Shown in pieces: positions 26,936 to 34,304 of a stretch of 64,000 nt of DNA. Under the pieces are notes generated by a model. It searched no databases, was not told the DNA's origin, and saw nothing but the letters and a program-made list of their open reading frames with translations. The stretch lies in IMG/VR virus record IMGVR_UViG_3300034073_005389, positions 1 through 64,000 of that record, one strand, 5' to 3'. Made by a program: the position numbers and the translations under genes. Within the stretch, counting starts at the first letter, position 1. Each line of letters opens with the position of its first letter.

Positions 26936-27887
26936 AAATTGAATCCCAGTTTACAGTACCTTTGGCATAAGTAGTAACTCTACCGCTAAAGAAGTCCGCA
27001 TGTTCTACACCTTGTGAAATTACATCGAACCAGAAGAACTTATCAATTATTTTTTTGTCTATATTTTTCCAATTAGATTTTAGACCTAAATCTTGTAGTT
27101 TGGTATTGGTTCTAAAACGAATATAAGTTTTTAGATCTTCTTTGGTAAGTCCTTCTATATCGCCTTTTGCGAATGCCATGTCAATAAATGAATCTTCTAA
27201 TTGAACAGTCAAGCGGGCAGCGTCATAGATTTCTTTTTTTAATTCATCGGTCCAAATTTCTGGATTTTCTTGAATTAAAGTTCTAAATAACCAGCATCCT
27301 GCATTGGAGTGCAGTGACTCATCTCTGATAGAGAATTGTATAATTTGACCTACTCCACGTAGTTTATTGAATCTGCTGAAGTTGAGTAGGATGGCGAAGC
27401 TGCTGAATAAGTTGACGCCTTCATTAAAAGCTGAGAAGATAGCTAATGATAAGGCAATTTCTTTTTTAGACTTTCCTTTAGCATTAATCAAACGATCAAT
27501 TTTAGCTTTGGCAGCTGGTTCATATAGAAATGCTTCATAATCTTCTAGACCAAGAGATTGGTTAAGATAGGCATAGGAGACGGCATGAATGCTTTCAAAG
27601 GCGGCAAAGGTATTTGCCATCATTTGAATTTCTGGGTGTTTGAACCACTTGGCGATTTTATTGCTCCAATAATCTTCGATTACGATTTCGGCTTGGGTGA
27701 AGCCTTTGAGCACTGAACCTATGACAAATTTTTCAGTATCTGTGAGGTTATTTTTCCAGTCGGAGATATCCCCTGCCATGGATATCTCCGTGTGCAGCCA
27801 GTGGGCCTGCTGTTGTTTTTCCCAAAAATCGTAAGCGTTTTGATATACAAAAGGGGCATATATTAGTCGTGGTTCTAAAAGTGTCAT
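26925..27887 (-). CDS. nrdB: Class I ribonucleotide reductase beta subunit
   Basis: HW...EI....D..DW, ESIHAVSY, NEGVNLFSSF, RDESLH, DFFSGRVT.Y. Confidence 0.95.
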   Translation of the reverse strand: MTLLEPRLIYAPFVYQNAYDFWEKQQQAHWLHTEISMAGDISDWKNNLTDTEKFVIGSVLKGFTQAEIVIEDYWSNKIAKWFKHPEIQMMANTFAAFESIHAVSYAYLNQSLGLEDYEAFLYEPAAKAKIDRLINAKGKSKKEIALSLAIFSAFNEGVNLFSSFAILLNFSRFNKLRGVGQIIQFSIRDESLHSNAGCWLFRTLIQENPEIWTDELKKEIYDAARLTVQLEDSFIDMAFAKGDIEGLTKEDLKTYIRFRTNTKLQDLGLKSNWKNIDKKIIDKFFWFDVISQGVEHADFFSGRVTTYAKGTVNWDSIFEA

Positions 27888-27956
27888 TTCGTCTCCGCAC
27901 TAAGTTTACAATATACTTTAAGATTTAAAGTAATAAATTTTATTAAGAAAATAAAT

Positions 27957-28586
27957 TTAAATCTTAATATTTTCTTTCATAGTAGAAAGGGCATTGTTAA
28001 TTATTTTAATACAATTTAATCTAGAAATATTTAATTTTTTACAAATTTTATTAATAGAGATGGGCTTATCTCCATCTAGACCATAAGCTAGGGAAATAAT
28101 TTCTTTTTGTTGATTTGACAAAGTGCTAATTGCATTTTGTATAGCAAAATTGGTTTGACAATTTTCTAGTTGTTTATCTGGGCAGTATTGATCTTCTACG
28201 ATAACGGGCATAATAGCTTCTTTATGAGGTGCTGTTTCTTTAGCCACTCGTAAAGGGTAACGAATAGTAGTGTGAAGGTTGGCGCTTCTAGAAATACGAG
28301 TCCCAATATAATGATGTGCCCAAGCAAAAAAAGATCCTTTCTTAGGGTTATATGTTTTAATTGCCTTAATTAAGGCTTCAAAACCTTCTTGATTTAAATC
28401 TTCATAATTACTAAAAGTTTTATATCTGCCAGTTTTCATAGTAACTAAATATTTAAGTTTATTAATGCATTTTTGTTCATGCATTTTTAATTCAGAACGA
28501 ATTTTAGAATCATTGGTAGACTGAACTGCAGAACGTAAATCTACTAACTTAATTATTAAATCTTGCGCTTCTTGTTCGGTTAGCAT
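27957..28586 (-). CDS. Phage RNA polymerase sigma-70-family factor
   Basis: Region 2 YEDLNQEG..ALIKAIKTYNPKKGSFFAWA; region 4 LS.QQKEII.L.YGL......I.KKLNISR. Confidence 0.88.
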   Translation of the reverse strand: MLTEQEAQDLIIKLVDLRSAVQSTNDSKIRSELKMHEQKCINKLKYLVTMKTGRYKTFSNYEDLNQEGFEALIKAIKTYNPKKGSFFAWAHHYIGTRISRSANLHTTIRYPLRVAKETAPHKEAIMPVIVEDQYCPDKQLENCQTNFAIQNAISTLSNQQKEIISLAYGLDGDKPISINKICKKLNISRLNCIKIINNALSTMKENIKI

Positions 28587-28686
28587 AAATTTCTCGTTTA
28601 AAGTAAAAGTGTATTTTCCATATACAATTATTGATATTGATGTAGGGCAAGAAGTTACCTTACCCTACATTATCCAGGAAAAAAAA

Positions 28687-28824
28687 TTATTTATTTTCTT
28701 CTTCTAACATCTCAATAACAGATTCTATTGTGGCACGAATGATTTCTTCATCGTTTAATGACAATGAAAATTTTAATAATTCAATAATTTTTATAATTTT
28801 AGAATTCTTATTTTTCTTACTCAT
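28687..28824 (-). CDS. Small hypothetical protein (45 aa), absent from the supplied track
   Basis: Manual translation MSKKNKNSKIIKIIELLKFSLSLNDEEIIRATIESVIEMLEEENK; starts 2 nt after the FmdB stop. Confidence 0.55.
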   Translation of the reverse strand: MSKKNKNSKIIKIIELLKFSLSLNDEEIIRATIESVIEMLEEENK

Positions 28825-28825
28825 A

Positions 28826-29026
28826 TCATTTATAATTATCTTTTGCCCAACCACCACCCATTAGCATAAAATTGGTACCAGAGGCGATCAATCTTTTTAC
28901 TTTTTGAGGTGGTAAATTTTGTTTGGCGCAAACAGATCTGGGACACTCTTCTAATTTATCATTAATAGAGTGTTCGTATTCAAATTCTTTGTTGCAAGTT
29001 TCGCATTTATATAAATATGTTGGCAT
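28826..29026 (-). CDS. FmdB-family zinc-ribbon protein 1
   Basis: MPTYLYKCETC.KEFE..HSI.D.LEECP...C...RLIASG.NF.L.GGGWAKDNY; ATG at 29026 with AAGGA SD. Confidence 0.85.
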   Translation of the reverse strand: MPTYLYKCETCNKEFEYEHSINDKLEECPRSVCAKQNLPPQKVKRLIASGTNFMLMGGGWAKDNYK

Positions 29027-29037
29027 AACTTCCTTTA

Positions 29038-29065
29038 AATGTAAAATATGTATAATAATTGTCAA
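29038..29065 (-). promoter_or_regulatory. Sigma-70-type promoter upstream of FmdB protein 1
   Basis: Minus strand TTGACA (29065-29060)-N16-TACATT (29043-29038). Confidence 0.6.
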
Positions 29066-29079
29066 CTACTAGTAATTAA

Positions 29080-29385
29080 TTATCTTTTTCTACGATCTAA
29101 TTTAGTTTGTAAATTATGATAAACTGACTCCCCAACTAAATTGGCATATACATTGGCATTGCTAGCGGCATCACGCTTTAATTGCTTTGTGTCTTCTTTT
29201 AGTTTTTCAACCAATTCATTGCCATTTAACTCTACCACTCCCTTACCGCCTAAAGAAATAAGGCGCTTAACAGTTTCTTTATTGCATTTGGGGCAAGTTT
29301 TGGGAGGATTGGCTTTAATAGAATATTCATCTTCCCATTCATAATTACATTCTTTATCTTGACAAAGATGTTCGTAAGTCGGCAT
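29080..29385 (-). CDS. FmdB-family zinc-ribbon protein 2
   Basis: MPTYEHLC...C.YEWE..YSI.......CPKC.....KRLIS plus a helical C-terminal extension. Confidence 0.82.
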   Translation of the reverse strand: MPTYEHLCQDKECNYEWEDEYSIKANPPKTCPKCNKETVKRLISLGGKGVVELNGNELVEKLKEDTKQLKRDAASNANVYANLVGESVYHNLQTKLDRRKR

Positions 29386-29388
29386 AAA

Positions 29389-29562
29389 TTACTCCTCTTC
29401 CACTAATAGCTTATCTATTAATTTATATTCTATATCATTTACCCATTTAGTTTTAATATCTTGCTTGAACTTTTCATCTTTTACTTTGAAAACAATAAAA
29501 AGTTCTCCAGTCTTAGACTCATACTCTAAACGTACTGCTTCAGCAAGTATTTTTTTATTCAT
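29389..29562 (-). CDS. Small hypothetical protein (57 aa), absent from the supplied track
   Basis: Manual translation MNKKILAEAVRLEYESKTGELFIVFKVKDEKFKQDIKTKWVNDIEYKLIDKLLVEEE; fills the gap between dnaB and FmdB-2. Confidence 0.7.
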   Translation of the reverse strand: MNKKILAEAVRLEYESKTGELFIVFKVKDEKFKQDIKTKWVNDIEYKLIDKLLVEEE

Positions 29563-29573
29563 AGTAACTCTCT

Positions 29574-30980
29574 TTAGATTTCTAAATCTTCTATCTCATC
29601 CGAGATATCTTCTGTCCCATAATCTGCAAATTGATTAGCATCTTCTTCTGTTTCCATAGGCTTATCTATTAATGTAGCACATGCTAAGTTTTTATACAAC
29701 ATGCCTTTGCCCTTTGGACCTTTTCTGTTCTTTATTACATGGATAATCATCTCTCCGCGTAAATGTTCATCTTGCCTACTTTCAATTTGAAGCACATGAG
29801 TTGCATGAGTGGCAATAGTGCCAGATCGTGCCAATCTAGATAGTCCAATATTTTCAGAGGAATCTTTACCTTGAGATTTTCTATTTAGCTGTACTGCAGA
29901 AAAGATAGGTAATTTATGCTTTCTACCAATGGCACGGACTTCATAAGAAATAGTCCCTTGCTTAAGCCAGTCGGCTTCGTCACTTTTTTCATTGGTATTC
30001 ATAATACCTAAATAATCTATAAATATTACGTCGAACTTTTCTTCGCAGTTGGCAAATATTGCTTCTAAATCATTAGCACTGGCATCGGCAATATCTACAA
30101 TTTTAAAGTTGTAAGGATATCTTTTAACAAAGTCTAATGCCTTCTTTACTTTAGAAAACTCTTCTCTAGATAAAGAAGCATTTTCTATGCTCCTAGAAGG
30201 AACTCCTGACAGTCTGCTTAACAGACGATTAAAGCAGTCTTCATAAGGCATCTCTAAGCTAAAATAAATAATATTTTTACCTGGAGTAAATTGCGTAGTT
30301 TGATCAATTGTATTATCTTGCATCCAAGTTTGGATTGCTATATTATTTAATAATAAGCTTTTACCGAAGCCAGATTCGCCTGCTATAAGTACGAAATCTG
30401 CTGGCTTAACCCCATTGGTGGCATAGTCAAAAAAAGAATATTTTGTTTTAATGCCTGCTTCTACATCAGGGTTATCTTTTCGTTGATTAAATTTTTCTAC
30501 GAAAAAAGGCAAATATTCTTTGATATTTTGACTTTCATATGTTTTAGATTGATTCAAACTTTTTACATTTTGAATCATTTTCTGCATATCTACTAATATC
30601 TTGCCAACATCTATAGACCCTGGTTCGCATTTAGACAGATATTCTTTTGCACTAATAATTTGCTTTTCTGCGAATCTTTTCTTTAATTTTTCTAAATCAT
30701 GCTTGTACTCTTTGTCATCGTATTCAACATTTTGAATACTATCCCATGTTTTAGTGATGTGTTCTACTAGCTTTTCATTATTTCCTTTATTGATCTTTTC
30801 TACTAAAACTCTAAGAGTAGGAATCTCCTTATATGACTTAACATAATTAACTACTAAGTTGGCAAAGTTCCAAACTTCTGGACTAAAAAGTTTTGCATCG
30901 TTTTCAGAAACGAATTCTAAAGCATATTGTTTATTTGTAACTAAAACTTTTAGTATAAGTAAATCTAGTGAGGTAGTCAT
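29574..30980 (-). CDS. dnaB: DnaB-like (SF4) replicative helicase
   Basis: AGESGFGKS Walker A, FSLEM, IFIDYL Walker B, AVQLNR, KNRKG. Confidence 0.92.
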   Translation of the reverse strand: MTTSLDLLILKVLVTNKQYALEFVSENDAKLFSPEVWNFANLVVNYVKSYKEIPTLRVLVEKINKGNNEKLVEHITKTWDSIQNVEYDDKEYKHDLEKLKKRFAEKQIISAKEYLSKCEPGSIDVGKILVDMQKMIQNVKSLNQSKTYESQNIKEYLPFFVEKFNQRKDNPDVEAGIKTKYSFFDYATNGVKPADFVLIAGESGFGKSLLLNNIAIQTWMQDNTIDQTTQFTPGKNIIYFSLEMPYEDCFNRLLSRLSGVPSRSIENASLSREEFSKVKKALDFVKRYPYNFKIVDIADASANDLEAIFANCEEKFDVIFIDYLGIMNTNEKSDEADWLKQGTISYEVRAIGRKHKLPIFSAVQLNRKSQGKDSSENIGLSRLARSGTIATHATHVLQIESRQDEHLRGEMIIHVIKNRKGPKGKGMLYKNLACATLIDKPMETEEDANQFADYGTEDISDEIEDLEI

Positions 30981-31684
30981 ATTACTTTTTTCTTTCTATA
31001 ATCTTCGCCAAATACAGGAAACAATTTTAGATAGCCTTTCATTAGGCTATCTATACTAGCTTTTAATGGACCATTAAAGCTCTCAATAATATTAGGAGAG
31101 TTAGTACACATTAAAGTGGGAAGCTTGTTTTGGCTCCTAGTTCTAAAAATATTTTCTAAAGTACGAGCATACAAGTCTGCTGCGTTATCAGAAGAGATAA
31201 ATCTAGAATCAAATTCGTCAATTACTAAGAAATCAACCAAGCCAAGTTCTCTTCTGGCTATAAATTTATCTTCATTAGAAGCAGAAGTTAAAACATTTAC
31301 AATATCACTTAGTGTAGTGTATAAGCAAGTAAAGCCTTTACTGGAAGCCTTTTTAAGGACAGAGCAAACAGTAAAGGTCTTTCCTAATCCATGAGATCCT
31401 GCAAAACAAACTGAGGCGCCTTCTAAATAAGACTTCTTTAAATCTTGCGTATACTCATTATGTTTATTTAAAAGCCTAGAGTCTCCATGGAAATCTTTTT
31501 CCATTTTTAGACTCCAATACTCGATAGGAATATTGCTTTCGGCATATCGATTGACAGCAATTAGTTTAATATTCTTAGCCTGGAAATCTTCTTCTGTTTT
31601 TTCAATAGAAGATAATATTTCTTGTAATTTTCTAGGAGGAATGTTATTTAGAGCCTTGCTTCTTAAAAATATTTGGTTGTTCAT
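30977..31684 (-). CDS. DnaC/IstB-like AAA+ helicase loader
   Basis: GSHGLGKT, FLVIDE, RSQNKLPTL.CTN; ATGA-type overlap with dnaB. Confidence 0.85.
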   Translation of the reverse strand: MNNQIFLRSKALNNIPPRKLQEILSSIEKTEEDFQAKNIKLIAVNRYAESNIPIEYWSLKMEKDFHGDSRLLNKHNEYTQDLKKSYLEGASVCFAGSHGLGKTFTVCSVLKKASSKGFTCLYTTLSDIVNVLTSASNEDKFIARRELGLVDFLVIDEFDSRFISSDNAADLYARTLENIFRTRSQNKLPTLMCTNSPNIIESFNGPLKASIDSLMKGYLKLFPVFGEDYRKKKVI

Positions 31685-32069
31685 ATTTTGTTGTTTTTAC
31701 CTCTCCTATTGTATGCTCTTTTAACTTACTTGCAATTATTATTTTTTCTTGCCTATTTAATTCTGATTTTAAATCAGCCAAGGTTTTTAACCTTAATTCA
31801 TCTTCACTTGGCATTTGATATGTTTCATCAAATTTTTTTTCTAATTGAGTTTTTACCTCTTCTGGTTTTTCGGGTATTTGAGATAATAGATCAGATTCTT
31901 TATGAAGAACTTTTACCACTCGCACATCTTCTTTCGGATGTAGCAATACAGAAGTACTACTTTCATCTGTAGAAATTAAAACAATCTGATGAGGACTCCA
32001 ATGCTTTACTATTCCTTCTAAAATCATGTTATTTTGTAACAAAATTTGCACATGTTTATTAATAAACAT
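31644..32069 (-). CDS. Hypothetical protein (Sm-like N-terminus possible)
   Basis: 141 aa in the replication operon; V.ILL.NN..LEG.V..W pattern is only suggestive. Confidence 0.6.
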   Translation of the reverse strand: MFINKHVQILLQNNMILEGIVKHWSPHQIVLISTDESSTSVLLHPKEDVRVVKVLHKESDLLSQIPEKPEEVKTQLEKKFDETYQMPSEDELRLKTLADLKSELNRQEKIIIASKLKEHTIGEVKTTKYEQPNIFKKQGSK

Positions 32070-32656
32070 TATAAAATCCTTGTTAAAATATTTTTATCTA
32101 AACCAGCTAATTCTGCCTCTTGTAAGGCTCCTACTATGGAAAAATCATCCATCTTAGATAAGAAGGCTAAATCTCCATAAGTTTGCAGGCTAAATCCTTT
32201 GTCATTGAAAATATTTTTATATTTATCTGGTAAAGGAGTTTCTCGGCTAATAGTCTGAGAAGTGGAAAATAAATATTTTAGTTTATATTCATTGACGACT
32301 CCTTCTACTGTCATAAAAGAAATAGAAGTTAATCTTCTTTTAGCTTTTACTACTTTATTTAAGTAAACCCAATCAATATATTCTTTTAAGATAGAAGGAT
32401 TGGAGGATAGTAGTTGTGACAATTTTTTAATTTGAAATACTTCAAAACATTTTGAAGGAGCTGAATTATTAAATTTAAATTTATAATCTATTTGATATGT
32501 TTCTTTGTACTTTTTACAAAAGTAAGCCAAAACATGCAATACCTTCCAGTCTTTTACTTCTAAGGTATCTATTTCTGAAAATTTTAGAAAAAACTTTTTA
32601 TAGTTTTCATTGGGGGCTTCTCCTAAATTTCCGCCAGTCAAATCAATTTTCTTCAT
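32069..32656 (-). CDS. Hypothetical protein in the replication operon (possible initiator/loader partner)
   Basis: 195 aa; TAATG coupling to the next gene; function inferred from position only. Confidence 0.6.
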   Translation of the reverse strand: MKKIDLTGGNLGEAPNENYKKFFLKFSEIDTLEVKDWKVLHVLAYFCKKYKETYQIDYKFKFNNSAPSKCFEVFQIKKLSQLLSSNPSILKEYIDWVYLNKVVKAKRRLTSISFMTVEGVVNEYKLKYLFSTSQTISRETPLPDKYKNIFNDKGFSLQTYGDLAFLSKMDDFSIVGALQEAELAGLDKNILTRIL

Positions 32657-34163
32657 TGCTTGTACCTAATAAATCCTTTTTTAAATCTTTGGGTATTATT
32701 ATTTTAAATCCTGTTTCAGTAGAATATATTTTATGTCGCTTTTTAGAATGCGCCTTTAAATATTTTACATCATCAAAAAAATCTACAATAGCAGCATATT
32801 TTTTACCAGGGAACTTACGAATTACTCTACCTATTCTCTGCAATGCTCGAATACTGCTTTTGCCACCTCCAGTTAATACCAAGGCAGACAAAGAGCTAAT
32901 ATCAACTCCGATATCAAAAATAGAGCTGGCTAATACTAAATTAGATTTTTTAGATAATAAATTTTGCTTGGTCTGATTTCTTTTTTCTAAAGAATCAGAG
33001 CCTGATAAATATTCGTAAGGAATTTCCTGTTCCTCAAATAATTCACATAAATTTTTGCCATGCTGCAAATGCTTGAACAATACTAATACTTGATAATTCT
33101 TTGTCAAGAGATCCTTCACTTGATCAATTATCAAATTATTTCTGATTATATTTTCAGAAATATATTCTTTATACACAGTTTGATAGTTAGCTGTACCTGT
33201 TCCAATATAGGTTTTAGGAACTCTAACAAATTTAATAATAGGTTGCGCCAAATGCCCCTCTTCTATTAATTCAGAAGCCTGCACATTGACAATTTGCTCT
33301 CCTAATATTCCATTGATAAGTAAATCTGATCCATCATCTCTAAATGGAGTGCCTGAGAAACCATAAATATATTCAGGATCTATTTTAGTAAAAATATTTT
33401 TAATAGTATCAGTAGTAACTACGTGACTTTCATCAAAAATATGAACTTTAGCTTGTTGAAGCATAGAAACAATTTGCTCGCTTTGAGTTTGAGTAGGAGC
33501 AGTTTCTTTTTCTTCTAATTCATCATCTGTAACGATAGAATGTTTTAATTTTAACGCGCTGCTAACAGACCAAATACTAACGATATTAATCCGATGGATA
33601 CGACAAACACCATTTCCGATAAATCCGATTGGTTCGTCAAATAATAAGGAAAAAAGATCATAAAATTGTTGCAATAAGTCTATACCAATTACATAAATAT
33701 TGGTAGGTTTATTAAGCTTCGCAGTAATCAAAGCTGTGCAAAGAGTTTTACCTGCACCAGTGCAAGCACGCACAATTCCTTTGTGATTGTTAACAGCTGC
33801 ATCTACAATCTTTTGCTGATAAGATCTGGTAGTGAAATTATTTTGAACTAATTTATCTGATAAATCAATTGAATCATTTTTCTTAACTGATTCTCTTTTA
33901 TCAATTAATTCAAAATTAATTTTATTTGTATTTAAAAAATGTATTACTTTATTTAATAGTCCTAATAAAAAAGTACCATTTTTGGCTAATAAGTAATTTA
34001 CTCCATCCCAACCATTTTTGTATGCTGCCGTATATTCTACACCTGCAGTTTTATATGACAAGGTGCGTCTTAATCTATTAAATAATAATGGGTTACTTAA
34101 TTTTATTTGACCATGTTTATGATTATGAATAATTATTTGACAAATTTCTTGTGATTCTGACAT
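32643..34163 (-). CDS. UvsW/Rad25-like superfamily 2 helicase
   Basis: RSYQ (Q motif), ACTGAGKT, FDESH, GFSGTPFRDDG, IFDIGVDI, QRIGRVIR. Confidence 0.9.
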   Translation of the reverse strand: MSESQEICQIIIHNHKHGQIKLSNPLLFNRLRRTLSYKTAGVEYTAAYKNGWDGVNYLLAKNGTFLLGLLNKVIHFLNTNKINFELIDKRESVKKNDSIDLSDKLVQNNFTTRSYQQKIVDAAVNNHKGIVRACTGAGKTLCTALITAKLNKPTNIYVIGIDLLQQFYDLFSLLFDEPIGFIGNGVCRIHRINIVSIWSVSSALKLKHSIVTDDELEEKETAPTQTQSEQIVSMLQQAKVHIFDESHVVTTDTIKNIFTKIDPEYIYGFSGTPFRDDGSDLLINGILGEQIVNVQASELIEEGHLAQPIIKFVRVPKTYIGTGTANYQTVYKEYISENIIRNNLIIDQVKDLLTKNYQVLVLFKHLQHGKNLCELFEEQEIPYEYLSGSDSLEKRNQTKQNLLSKKSNLVLASSIFDIGVDISSLSALVLTGGGKSSIRALQRIGRVIRKFPGKKYAAIVDFFDDVKYLKAHSKKRHKIYSTETGFKIIIPKDLKKDLLGTSNEEN

Positions 34164-34250
34164 AAATTCCTACTCGATCTAGAAATTTATATATCGAATA
34201 GGAATAAAAATAGTTTTTTAAAATTGATTTTATCTTATATATCAATTAAA

Positions 34251-34283
34251 TGAAAAAGCCATACGAAATTAATCGTATGGCTT
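34251..34283 (-). terminator. Intrinsic terminator downstream of the tubulin gene
   Basis: aagccatacga/tcgtatggctt 11-bp stem followed by UUUUU on the minus strand. Confidence 0.82.
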
Positions 34284-34304
34284 CTTGCTAAACAAAGGTA
34301 GATT

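Noticed and set aside
34170-34250. tubC-like centromere next to the tubulin gene
   Set aside because: Only two TTATATATC copies are present, and these fit the promoter-like motif better; there is no iteron array.
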